A DNA stretch of 64,000 bases. Source: Parcubacteria group bacterium M10-OD1-1 (GTDB taxonomy: Bacteria > Patescibacteriota > Minisyncoccia > Moranbacterales > UBA2206). How positions within the stretch are numbered: position 1 is the stretch's first letter; each line of letters opens with the position of its first letter. The DNA is taken from positions 4,345 through 68,344 of the forward strand of contig LSNL01000003.1 in NCBI GenBank assembly GCA_003056145.1, written 5' to 3'. Positions 17,518-26,834 of the stretch are shown one piece after another. The notes under the pieces were generated by a model. It saw only the letters and a program-made list of their open reading frames with translations. It was not told the origin of the DNA and searched no databases. Both the position numbers and the translations under genes were made by a program.

Positions 17518-19104
17518 TTATTTTAATATTGAAATTAAACTTTCTCCAGTCATATCAGCTGGTTGTTTCAGAGATAAAATCTCTAGAATAGTAGGTGCAA
17601 TATCACTTAATAGCCCAGAAACTTGCAAAATTCTATTTTCTTTTGGTTGAGCATAATGATTATGCGCAGTTACATACCAAAGAGGAACAGGATTAGAAGA
17701 GTGTTCTGTGTCTTTTTCTCCTGTTCTAGTATTAATCATTTCTTCAGCGTTTCCATGATCGGCAGTTATAAGTAACTGACCATCGGTCAAAAGAACATTT
17801 TTTATAATTTGTTCTAGGCAATGATCAATAGTTTCTGTGGCTTTAATAGTGGCTTCCTCGTTACCTGTATGTCCAACAATATCAGCATTAGCAAAGTTAA
17901 TTAAAATAAAGTCATAGCTATCATTTTGAATACTTTCAACAACTTTATCGGTAATTTCTTGGGCACTCATTTCTGGTTTTTCGTCAAAAGTTGCAACATC
18001 TTTAGAAGGAATGATAATACGATCTTCTAATGGATATGGTTCTTCATTACCTCCATTAAAAAAATAGGTAACATGAGCAAATTTTTCGGTCTCAGCAATT
18101 CTTAATTGATTTAAATTATTTTCACTGAGAACCTTGCTAAGACAATCGGTAACCTCAATTGGTGGAAAAGCAATTTCTACTGGTAGGTCAGCTTCGTATT
18201 GAGTCATGGTAACAAAGAATAAATTTTTGAAATCTCGGACGGGGAATTTAGAAAAACTAGGAATAGAAAAAGCTTTAGTCATTTGCCTGGCTCTATCTTC
18301 GCGATAATTAAAAAAGATAATGGAGTCATTTTCAGCTATTTTTCCAACTGGTATATTATTTTCATAAACTACTGCTGGCTCAATATATTCATCAAAAATT
18401 TCTTTTTTATAAGAATCTTTTAAATATTGTTCTGGATCTTCAGTTTTATTTCCTTTATTATTAACAATAGCATCGTAAGATTTTTTAATTCGATCCCAAT
18501 TATTATTTCTATCCATTGCGAAGTACCTACCTGAAATAGTGGCAATTTTCCCCACCTTATAACGTTTTAATCTTTGTTGTAATTCTTTAATGATCTCAGT
18601 ACCAGAAGTAGGGGATGAATCCCTTCCATCAGTAAAAACATGAAGAAAAACTTTTTTAACCTTTTGTTTTTGCATTAATTCTAGTAAGGCAAAAAGATGG
18701 TCTAAATTGGAATGAACAGAACCCTTACTAATTAAACCCATTAAGTGAAGAGCTGAGTCATGAGTTTTAGTATTTTCAATAGCCTTTAAAAAAACTGGGT
18801 TTGTAAAAAAAACACCATCTTGAATAGCCATATTAATTCTAGGCATATTTTGATAAATAATTTTTCCTGAACCTAGTGTCATATGCCCTACTTCAGAATT
18901 TCCAGGTTCTCCCCACGGTAATCCTACTGAAATACCAGAAGCTTGGATAGCTAATTTGGGGTAGTAACTGTTAAGTTTTTGAATGGTTGGTAAGGTGGCT
19001 TTAGAAATAGCATCACCCTTTCCTTTAGAGCCAATACCCCAACCGTCCAGAATAATTAAGGTCATTGGTTTTGGTTTTGTGACTTGAGAAATATCTTCAA
19101 TCAT
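17518..19104 (-). CDS. gpmI: 2,3-bisphosphoglycerate-independent phosphoglycerate mutase
   Basis: 528 aa. LIILDGWG N-terminus, and iPGM phosphatase/transferase domain motifs (ADHGN, TDGRDS). Confidence 0.85.
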   Translation of the reverse strand: MIEDISQVTKPKPMTLIILDGWGIGSKGKGDAISKATLPTIQKLNSYYPKLAIQASGISVGLPWGEPGNSEVGHMTLGSGKIIYQNMPRINMAIQDGVFFTNPVFLKAIENTKTHDSALHLMGLISKGSVHSNLDHLFALLELMQKQKVKKVFLHVFTDGRDSSPTSGTEIIKELQQRLKRYKVGKIATISGRYFAMDRNNNWDRIKKSYDAIVNNKGNKTEDPEQYLKDSYKKEIFDEYIEPAVVYENNIPVGKIAENDSIIFFNYREDRARQMTKAFSIPSFSKFPVRDFKNLFFVTMTQYEADLPVEIAFPPIEVTDCLSKVLSENNLNQLRIAETEKFAHVTYFFNGGNEEPYPLEDRIIIPSKDVATFDEKPEMSAQEITDKVVESIQNDSYDFILINFANADIVGHTGNEEATIKATETIDHCLEQIIKNVLLTDGQLLITADHGNAEEMINTRTGEKDTEHSSNPVPLWYVTAHNHYAQPKENRILQVSGLLSDIAPTILEILSLKQPADMTGESLISILK

Positions 19105-19353
19105 AAATAATATCTTTAAAAAATAAATCAGCTGTTTATGATTATTATTATACCACTTTTTGACAAAAAATTGTAATTAGACTACTATTTAAAATAGGCA
19201 AAACATTATTAATTTATTAAAATAGACGAATTTCTTTTGATAAGTCGGTCTAATATACATTAAAGAATAAATATTTTTAGTATTAAGTAGCTTTAGTAAA
19301 AAAAGTAAACAAAAATATGATTATTATTTATCAATTGAATAGAATAAAATATT

Positions 19354-20886
19354 ATGGAAATAAGTTTGACAATTCTTCTAGCGGAAATTTTGAGTTTAGT
19401 CGTGGGTTCAATTTTAGGTTACTTTACTCGACAAACAATCGCTAAAAAACAATTAAATACAGCCGAGGGAAAAGCTATTAGAGCAGTTGAAGAAGCAGAA
19501 AAAAAATCACAAGAGATTTTAATTGAGGCTAAAGATAAGGCCGTTAATATTTTAGAAGAAGCTAAAAAAAGAGAGCAAGAAAGAGAAAATCAGATAATGC
19601 GTTTAGAACAAAGATTAGAAAGACGAGAAGAATCATTAGATAAAAAAAATGAAGCCGTTGAACAAAATAAAGAATTATTAATAAAAAAAGAAAGAGAAAT
19701 TGAAACCATCAAAGAGGAGGTTAATGCAACTAAAAAAAAGGAATTAAAACGTTTAGAAAAAATAGCTGGACTTTCCAAAGAAGACGCGAAGAAAATACTT
19801 ATTCAACTAACTGAAGAAGAAAATAGGGATTTTTTAGCGAAAAAAATTAAAGAATTAGAAAATCAAGGACAAGAAGAGTTAGAGAAAAAATCTAGAGATA
19901 TTATGAGCCAAGCTATTCAAAAATATGCTGGTTCACACGCTGCCGATACTACAACTAGTTTAGTCAATATTTCATCGGATGAAATAAAAGGAAGAATTAT
20001 CGGGCGAGAAGGAAGAAATATTAAAGCATTAGAAAGATTAACAGGAATTGAAATTATTGTTGATGATACACCTGAAGCAATTGTAATTTCTGGTTTTGAT
20101 CCAATACGCAGAGAAACTGCTCGGATTGCGTTAGAAAAACTTATTGCAGATGGGAGAATTCATCCAACTAAAATTGAAGAAGCTGTAGAATTTGCTAAGA
20201 AAGAAATTAACAATAAAATTAGAGAGGCAGGGGAAGCGGCCGCTTATGATGTCGGAGTTGCTGGTTTAGAACCAAAATTGATTCATATTCTAGGTCGACT
20301 TCGTTATAGAACTAGTTTTGGACAAAATGCTTTACTGCATTCTCTGGAAGTAGCTCATTTGTCGGGAGCTTTGGCAGCTGAATTAGGATTAGATGTTAGT
20401 TTGGCTAAAAAGGCTGGTTTGTTACATGATATTGGAAAAGCTGTTGATCACGAAGTTCAAGGGACCCATGTTGAAATTGGAATTAAAATTTTAGAAAAGT
20501 TTAAAATAGGAGAAGATATTATCAAGGCGATGCGTTCTCATCATGAAGATTATCCTTTTGAAACTCCAGAATCAATGATTATTGCAGCTGCCGATGCTAT
20601 TTCAGCTTCTCGCCCAGGGGCTAGAAAAGATACTTTAGAAAATTATTTAAAACGATTAGAGGATCTTGAGGGAGTAGCTACTTCTTTTCCGGAAGTTGAA
20701 AAAAGTTATGCTATTCAAGCTGGAAGAGAAATTAGAGTTTTTGTTAAACCAGACAAAATTGATGATTTGGGAGCAATTAAACTTTCAAGAAGTATTGCAG
20801 ATAAAATTGAAGAAGAATTAAAATATCCAGGTGAAATTAAAGTGAATGTTATTAGAGAAGTGAGAGTTACCGAATATGCTCGTTAG
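19354..20886 (+). CDS. rny: ribonuclease Y
   Basis: 510 aa. N-terminal transmembrane helix, coiled coil, KH domain (GRIIGREGRNIKALE), and HD domain (LLHDIGK). Confidence 0.85.
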   Translation: MEISLTILLAEILSLVVGSILGYFTRQTIAKKQLNTAEGKAIRAVEEAEKKSQEILIEAKDKAVNILEEAKKREQERENQIMRLEQRLERREESLDKKNEAVEQNKELLIKKEREIETIKEEVNATKKKELKRLEKIAGLSKEDAKKILIQLTEEENRDFLAKKIKELENQGQEELEKKSRDIMSQAIQKYAGSHAADTTTSLVNISSDEIKGRIIGREGRNIKALERLTGIEIIVDDTPEAIVISGFDPIRRETARIALEKLIADGRIHPTKIEEAVEFAKKEINNKIREAGEAAAYDVGVAGLEPKLIHILGRLRYRTSFGQNALLHSLEVAHLSGALAAELGLDVSLAKKAGLLHDIGKAVDHEVQGTHVEIGIKILEKFKIGEDIIKAMRSHHEDYPFETPESMIIAAADAISASRPGARKDTLENYLKRLEDLEGVATSFPEVEKSYAIQAGREIRVFVKPDKIDDLGAIKLSRSIADKIEEELKYPGEIKVNVIREVRVTEYAR

Positions 20887-21050
20887 AAAGAGTTAACTGA
20901 TAGTAACAAGGCAGTTGCTTTATATAAGGGAAAAGTTGTAGAATATAAATAAGACAGGAAGGTTGGTAACAATATTAATTAACGAAATATTTTTTTCTTG
21001 TTACCGTTTATTAGTTAACATTAAATAAAGCTAGAAAGGCAGGTGATATT

Positions 21051-21335
21051 ATGGCTAATCATATGAATAAGGACGCTTTGGTTTCGGCTATTGCTGAGAG
21101 AACTGAGATTTCAAAAAAGGATACTGAATTGGTTATTGACACAATGATGGAGGTTATTACTAAAACTTTAAGAGAAGGAGAAAAAGTAGCTTTGACTGGT
21201 TTTGGAATTTTTAGAGCTTCTAAGAGAGCAGCAAGAGTAGGGATTAATCCTCAAACTAAAGAAAAAATTGAAATTCCAGCGATGACTGTTCCTAAATTTA
21301 CTGCCGGGAAAGCTTTAAAAGAAGCTATTAGATAA
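21051..21335 (+). CDS. hup: HU-family DNA-binding protein
   Basis: 94 aa. MNKDALVSAIAE..., GFGIF and the arm motif RVGINPQTKEKIEIPA. Confidence 0.85.
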   Translation: MANHMNKDALVSAIAERTEISKKDTELVIDTMMEVITKTLREGEKVALTGFGIFRASKRAARVGINPQTKEKIEIPAMTVPKFTAGKALKEAIR

Positions 21336-21375
21336 ATTTGTATTACGAATTTTAATAAAAGATAGAAACAAAATC

Positions 21376-21410
21376 CTGTTTGAACGGGATTTTGTTATGG
21401 AACCAGAAGA
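21376..21410 (+). terminator. intrinsic terminator-like hairpin after hup
   Basis: Stem caaaatcc/ggattttg (8 bp) with loop tgtttgaac, followed by ttgtt. Confidence 0.4.
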
Positions 21411-21629
21411 GTTAAACAATTGACTAAATAGAAAGAATTTTTTTAGATAATTTTTATTAAAAGTAGCTAAGTGGCTATTTTTAATAAGAGAAAATAATTT
21501 AGATTATTTAAAAACTTAAAAATATTAAATATAATTAATTTATTAAAACTTTAGGAATAAAAATAGATATTGACTGGAATCAAATTTAAAGATAGTATTA
21601 AATAGTGATTTAAAATAAAAATAAATTAA

Positions 21630-21700
21630 CGGAGTGTCGTATACCGGTAGTACGCATGTTTTGGGAACATGTTGACTGGGTTCGATTCCCAGCACTCCGA
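21630..21700 (+). tRNA. tRNA-Pro (anticodon UGG)
   Basis: Acceptor CGGAGTG/CACTCCG (C1-G72 as in bacterial tRNA-Pro). Anticodon stem CATGT/ACATG with loop TTTGGGA (U33, anticodon TGG, G37). T-arm CTGGG-TTCGATT-CCCAG, discriminator A, and CCA not encoded. The D-arm is somewhat atypical. Confidence 0.75.
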
Positions 21701-21920
21701 CTAAAAAAGTTGATTTATGATTGAATTTCAGGTAGGATAAGTTTTAGAATGAAAATTTCCGAAATACAGAAAAATAAGATAAATATCTAAATAGTTTTTC
21801 TGGACGAGGTTAATTTGCAGAAAGGAATGTTTTGATTGTAAAGATAACTATGAACGGGAAAAATATTTAAGTTTTAGATATAAAAAATAATTTTTCTGAA
21901 GTTTAATTAAAAAATAAATT

Positions 21921-21992
21921 GCGGGTGTCGTATAGTGGCTATTATATCAGCCTTCCAAGCTGAGGAGGGGGGTTCGATTCCCCCTACCCGCT
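21921..21992 (+). tRNA. tRNA-Gly (anticodon UCC)
   Basis: Acceptor GCGGGTG/TACCCGC. Anticodon stem TCAGC/GCTGA with loop CTTCCAA (anticodon TCC). T-arm GGGGG-TTCGATT-CCCCC and discriminator T. An AU-rich hairpin plus T-run follows at about 21995-22035. Confidence 0.75.
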
Positions 21993-22498
21993 CAAAAATA
22001 AAAAAACTCTGGACTGGCTCTGGAGTTTTTTTCTTTCTGTTAGTAGAATGGAGGATTGAATAGATAAATACAAACTAGAAAAGATACAAAAGAATTTTTA
22101 TAGAGAACGCTGATAAATTTGAGTAAGTGGGAATTTGGCATTAGCTAGAACAATGAGATTGAATTTATTGAGGCGAGATGAAACTTTCTTGACACTTAAA
22201 AGGTTGTTTAAGCTTTTGTTATTTTAGAGTAAAAATAATATTTGAAATAAATTATTGTACGAAAAGTAGTAATGGTATTTTATTAAGGGAGATGATGTTA
22301 TAATCTGTATTTAGAATAAAGTTTTAGCTAGAATAAGGTGTAAATATTAAGCTATTCTTTGGGTGAGGTGATAAAAGCTTGACAAGATTTTGTTTATCTG
22401 CTAGGGTGAACTTTAAAGGTATAAAAAAGAAAGTTATTTAACAATCATTGCCTAGGAAGGAGTTTCCTGGGTTAAAAAACTAAAAAAGGAGAGCGGTT

Positions 22499-23347
22499 AT
22501 GAAAAAAGAATTGTTACTGGTGTGTCTGGTGTGTTGTCTAATGGTTTTTCCAAGTCAAAGTTTTGCTGATTCGTCAGGCGTTGGAATCGCTGGCGCTCAG
22601 GCTGTTATTAACGGAGGGGATGTCCAGGTGAATCCTGGGCAAGTTGTGTCTCCAAGTGCGAATGCGAATCTGAGTATCGATTCGCATTCGAAAGTGAGCA
22701 ATCGTAATTTTTTGCAGACGGGATATCCAGCGGCCCCAGCGCCGATGACTTACTTTGGCCCCTGGAAAAAGGGACTACCGTATAATGTAATCCAACTTGC
22801 AGTTGGATCGGTATGGAAGTGGGCAGGAATGAGGAAGGTATCTTCCAGTAGTGCTAAAGCACTGTTAGAAGATATCCAACATCCATTTCCGCCGACGGCA
22901 GAAATAAAAGTTGTCTCCCCTGAGAAAGGGGAGGGAACCTTTGTCGGCAATATTGTTGTCCTAGTTGACAGCAATCAAGCGAGCTTTAACGCTCGCAACA
23001 TAGCTCTAAAAGTAGCCATGAAGGCTGGTGCCGACCAGCTGGAAATCTATTCCAACAATTACATTCAGAAGCCAACTAGCTCTGGTTGGCATTTCGGTTT
23101 TGGCGGTGGTGCCTCGGGCATCATCGGCAATGATAGCACATCAATTGCAGGCTCAGGAGGAACCGGATTTGGATCCTCCAGCCTTCATTTGGCGAGCCTT
23201 CCATTTATTAAGGCCCGTCTTTGGAGGTCAGCTACTGCAGTTGATTTGGCCAGCGTCAGCGAAGACGAAAGCTATGCACCGGCGGTCAAAGCCAAATCTT
23301 CTAATGAGGATTGGCATATAAAAGACTTAAGTAATTTTGACAATTAA
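22499..23347 (+). CDS. secreted protein of unknown function (GC-rich, likely horizontally acquired)
   Basis: 282 aa. Signal peptide MKKELLLVCLVCCLMVFPSQSFA, SD ggagag upstream, and a Gly-rich C-region. Composition contrasts strongly with the flanking AT-rich genes. No family recognised. Confidence 0.5.
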   Translation: MKKELLLVCLVCCLMVFPSQSFADSSGVGIAGAQAVINGGDVQVNPGQVVSPSANANLSIDSHSKVSNRNFLQTGYPAAPAPMTYFGPWKKGLPYNVIQLAVGSVWKWAGMRKVSSSSAKALLEDIQHPFPPTAEIKVVSPEKGEGTFVGNIVVLVDSNQASFNARNIALKVAMKAGADQLEIYSNNYIQKPTSSGWHFGFGGGASGIIGNDSTSIAGSGGTGFGSSSLHLASLPFIKARLWRSATAVDLASVSEDESYAPAVKAKSSNEDWHIKDLSNFDN

Positions 23348-23472
23348 CAAAAAAGGAGGTGATTTTCAGAATTTTCAGTAAGTAACACGAGTAACATAAC
23401 ATTCTCCATTCCTAGTTGGGATGGAGGTAATTATGGGACATTCCCGTGTCCCGAACAAAAAAGGAGAAAGTC

Positions 23473-23901
23473 ATGAAAAAGATGTTATCAAAAATGGCAG
23501 TATCGATGTCAATTATTGCCCTGATTATGGTTGCCATCCCGGCTCTTGCCCAATCAGGAGGAAGTGTGGAGGGAGGTAATTCGTCCTGGCTGTCAGGCTT
23601 TGATAATGGCATTACCCACATCTCGGCCAATCAACGATCCTGGCAACAGACAGTTATCCAGGTACCCGGTCAAACATTTAACGCCGTTTCAAACAGCAAC
23701 ACCGGGTTCCAGCTGAATGCTGCCGATGGCGTAGCCGCCGCCGAAACAACTACAGATATAGGTTTTTACACTAATTCTAGTGGAAACCTGGGAGCCTTTT
23801 CTGATGCCAATGTGGCATCGATCGCTGCAGGTAACGCCATGAGCATTACCTGGGCAGCCTCAAATTCTTCCCTGAGCCAATATGGTGGCGGGGAGCGATA
23901 G
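23473..23901 (+). CDS. secreted protein of unknown function (GC-rich)
   Basis: Start set at ATG 23473 (MKKMLSKMAVSMSIIALIMVAIPALA signal peptide) with SD aaaggag 7 nt upstream. The listed ORF begins at an upstream GTG. A strong terminator follows. Confidence 0.45.
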   Translation: MKKMLSKMAVSMSIIALIMVAIPALAQSGGSVEGGNSSWLSGFDNGITHISANQRSWQQTVIQVPGQTFNAVSNSNTGFQLNAADGVAAAETTTDIGFYTNSSGNLGAFSDANVASIAAGNAMSITWAASNSSLSQYGGGER

Positions 23902-23919
23902 TCTAAAGGTTCTGCTGAT

Positions 23920-23960
23920 GCCACCAAGATATCTAATATCTTGGTGGCATTTTTTTTTAT
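23920..23960 (+). terminator. intrinsic terminator
   Basis: 12-13 bp perfect stem gccaccaagatat / atatcttggtggc with a short loop, followed by a run of 9 T. Confidence 0.7.
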
Positions 23961-24016
23961 TAAATTTTAAGAGTTTTAGAATGGAAGCTAAAGCTCCTTT
24001 ATGATACAATGACAAA

Positions 24017-24805
24017 ATGAGGAAAGAGATAAGTTTAAATAAAATATTACTGGTGTTTTTGGTAAGCGTTTTTTTTAGCGGATGCGGTTTTTCTTCAAAT
24101 GGACAAAAAACAGAGATTGATTTAAAGTTAGATCAAAAGAAATTTATTTCAACAAAAAAGAATGTAGATAATATTCAAAAAAAAACAGTAGAGAATCATA
24201 AATCTACTAGTAATAAGGCTAAAGTTCTTAAAAAGGAAACAGCTCCTGTGACAAAGATAGTAACTTCTAGACAGAAAACAAAAAAAACCAAGACAGTGGC
24301 AAAAACTGAGACAAAAAATTTATTTACTGCAGATAGAGGATTGAAAATTAAGAATGATTTGGTTTCTTGGGGGTATCAAAAATATAACGGAACACGAAAA
24401 ATTGACACAATTATTATCCATTCTACCTATAATCCACTAGGAGGAGGACAATATGATTTTTCTAAAATTTTAGCTATCTATAAAAAATATAAAGTTTCAC
24501 CACATTATCTCATAGAAAGAGATGGAGCAATTTATCGCTTGGTTAAAGAAAACAATATTGCTTATCATGCTGGAATTAGTAGGGTTCCAGATAATAGGAC
24601 TAATGTTAATAATTTTTCTATTGGAATTGAGATGATTGGGAATAAAATCGATGGATATACTAAGGCACAATATAATTCAGTCAAGAAACTGATTAACCAA
24701 ATTAAGAGTGAATATAAAATAAAATATATTTTGGGACATAAAGATATTGCTCCTGGACGAAAAACTGATCCATGGAATTTTGATTGGAAAAAAATAAAAA
24801 AATAA
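24017..24805 (+). CDS. N-acetylmuramoyl-L-alanine amidase (amidase_2/PGRP fold) lipoprotein
   Basis: 262 aa. Lipobox FFSGC, then a C-terminal domain with IIIHSTYNP...YHAG...GIEMIG...GHKDIAPGRKTDP, which is the AmpD/PGRP family signature. Confidence 0.65.
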   Translation: MRKEISLNKILLVFLVSVFFSGCGFSSNGQKTEIDLKLDQKKFISTKKNVDNIQKKTVENHKSTSNKAKVLKKETAPVTKIVTSRQKTKKTKTVAKTETKNLFTADRGLKIKNDLVSWGYQKYNGTRKIDTIIIHSTYNPLGGGQYDFSKILAIYKKYKVSPHYLIERDGAIYRLVKENNIAYHAGISRVPDNRTNVNNFSIGIEMIGNKIDGYTKAQYNSVKKLINQIKSEYKIKYILGHKDIAPGRKTDPWNFDWKKIKK

Positions 24806-25013
24806 ATAAAAGTCTTGCGAAAGTTAATCGTGAGGTAATTAGTGGAAATAGTTTTTAAGTGTAAACTAAAAAAGATAGAAACTCTAAGCCAACTAAATAA
24901 AAAGAAAAATTAGTTGTTGGCTATCTAGGAACTAAAAAATAAAAAACAAGGCAAGCTGACAAAAACTGAAAATTTTTTTTAGGGAGAGTAAGATTTAAAA
25001 AATAAAGATTAAT

Positions 25014-25535
25014 ATGATGGAAGAAAGAATAATTTTGGTAAATAAAAATAATCAGCCAATCGGAGCGGGAGAAAAATTAGCTGTTCACCAAAAGGGACAG
25101 TTGCACAGAGCTTTTTCGGTTTTAATTTTTAATTCTCAAGGGAAAATGCTTTTGCAAAAAAGAGCTAGTCATAAATATCACTCAGGCGGACTTTGGAGTA
25201 ATGCTTGTTGTAGCCATCCAAGAGTGGGAGAAGAATTAAAAGAAGCGGTGTCGTCAAGATTAATAGAAGAAATTGGGATTAAATGTAAGTTAAAAGAAAT
25301 ATTTAGTTTTACCTATAAAGTAAATTTTAAAAATGGACTAATTGAAAATGAATTTGATTATGTTTTTTTAGGAAAATTTGACGGAGAGCCAAAAATAAAT
25401 TTAGAAGAAGCAGAAGACTGCTGTTGGAAAAGTCTAGATGATATTAAAAAGGAAATTTTATTAACTCCTGAGAAATTTACTTTTTGGTTTAAAATAATTA
25501 TGAACAATAAGCTAGAAAGATATTTAAAAAAATGA
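25014..25535 (+). CDS. idi: isopentenyl-diphosphate delta-isomerase, type 1 (Nudix)
   Basis: 173 aa. HRAFSVLIFN...LLQKRASHKYHSGGLWSNACCSHP and the ENEFDYVF motif. Confidence 0.7.
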   Translation: MMEERIILVNKNNQPIGAGEKLAVHQKGQLHRAFSVLIFNSQGKMLLQKRASHKYHSGGLWSNACCSHPRVGEELKEAVSSRLIEEIGIKCKLKEIFSFTYKVNFKNGLIENEFDYVFLGKFDGEPKINLEEAEDCCWKSLDDIKKEILLTPEKFTFWFKIIMNNKLERYLKK

Positions 25536-25801
25536 AAATTATTATTGATATTAAAAATAGGAAAATAAAAATAGCTCTTTGGAGAAATCAGACAAAGATA
25601 GATTCTTTAAATATTGAAGAAGAACACACTCTTTCAGAACAATTATTGCCTCAAATTGATAAATTACTTCGTAATAATCAATTAGACTCACAAGCTATTG
25701 CGTCCGTAGAAGTGAAATCAGATCAAGGAGATAATTTTACTACTACAAGGATAGCTCGAGCAATGGCAGAAACTTGGAATTGGAATTTACAAAATTATTA
25801 A
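25532..25801 (+). CDS. hypothetical protein
   Basis: 89 aa ORF overlapping the idi stop by 4 nt. No recognisable family. Confidence 0.3.
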   Translation: MKIIIDIKNRKIKIALWRNQTKIDSLNIEEEHTLSEQLLPQIDKLLRNNQLDSQAIASVEVKSDQGDNFTTTRIARAMAETWNWNLQNY

Positions 25802-25835
25802 GATACCTAATTATTTTAAAAGTTATTAACTTAAT

Positions 25836-26429
25836 ATGGAAAATAAAATTAAGAAAATTTTAATTAGAATAGCCGAATTAGACGAAGCTTTAAGAAAAGA
25901 GTATTCTAAAATTTCTCAAAAATACGGATTTTCTATTAAACGAAAAAGAATTATATTTTTAGAAAAGATTAAAAGAAGAAACAGAAAATTTCGTATTCCT
26001 GCTTGGAAATATGCTTTGCCAAAAAATATTCGTCATCTTCTTTCTATTCCTTTCATTTATGCGATGATTATTCCTGTTATCTTGTTGGATTTTTTCGTTA
26101 CTATTTATCACTGGGTGGCTTTTCCTTTATATAAAATTCCAAAAGTACAACGAAGTGATTATATTATTTATGATAGGAGGTTTTTGGATTATTTAAATAT
26201 TATTCAAAAAATCAATTGTTTGTATTGTAGCTATGTTAATGGAATTTTTACTTATTCAGTTGAAATAGCTAAGCGTACTGAGAGATATTGGTGTCCAATT
26301 AAATCAGCTAGAAAACCAAAATTACCTTATAATTGGGATCAAGATTTTGCGGATTATGGTAATCCTCAAGAATGGAATCAAAAATTTAATCAAGTAGAGG
26401 GTTTTAAAAAAAAGCAGAAGACAAAATAA
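25836..26429 (+). CDS. hypothetical membrane protein
   Basis: 197 aa. Central hydrophobic segments and Cys-containing C-region (CLYCSY...YWCPIK). Unknown family. Confidence 0.4.
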   Translation: MENKIKKILIRIAELDEALRKEYSKISQKYGFSIKRKRIIFLEKIKRRNRKFRIPAWKYALPKNIRHLLSIPFIYAMIIPVILLDFFVTIYHWVAFPLYKIPKVQRSDYIIYDRRFLDYLNIIQKINCLYCSYVNGIFTYSVEIAKRTERYWCPIKSARKPKLPYNWDQDFADYGNPQEWNQKFNQVEGFKKKQKTK

Positions 26430-26687
26430 AATATAACAACATTAAAACAAGGAGAGGATAAAAAATAATAAGAAATAAATATTATTTTTGATTGTTTGAT
26501 TGGGAGGTTAAAGCTGCATAAATTATTAATTGTAAGAACCTTTATAAAAGATTTTAATTTTTTAAATTGACAAAGAATAGGAAAATAAGATAGAATAAAA
26601 AAGGACTAAAAAGAATTATAAACAACAAGAAGCTGAAAGAAGAAAGAAGAAAGAAAAATTAAAAGGGTGTTTGAAAATGCAAAAAAC

Positions 26688-26715
26688 TTGCAATTATTTT
26701 TTGTTCGTGTATAAT
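26688..26715 (+). promoter_or_regulatory. sigma70-like promoter in the rpoB leader
   Basis: TTGCAA (26688-26693), 16 nt, TATAAT (26710-26715). A second candidate is TTGACA 26569, 18 nt, TAGAAT. Confidence 0.45.
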
Positions 26716-26834
26716 GCTTAATATATTCTGGAACAGCTTTATTTTATATATATATTCTCTAAATTGACTTTAGAGATGTCACAATTCTGAATGCAAAAAA
26801 ATTAAATAATTTAAATACTTTATTATAGACTCAT

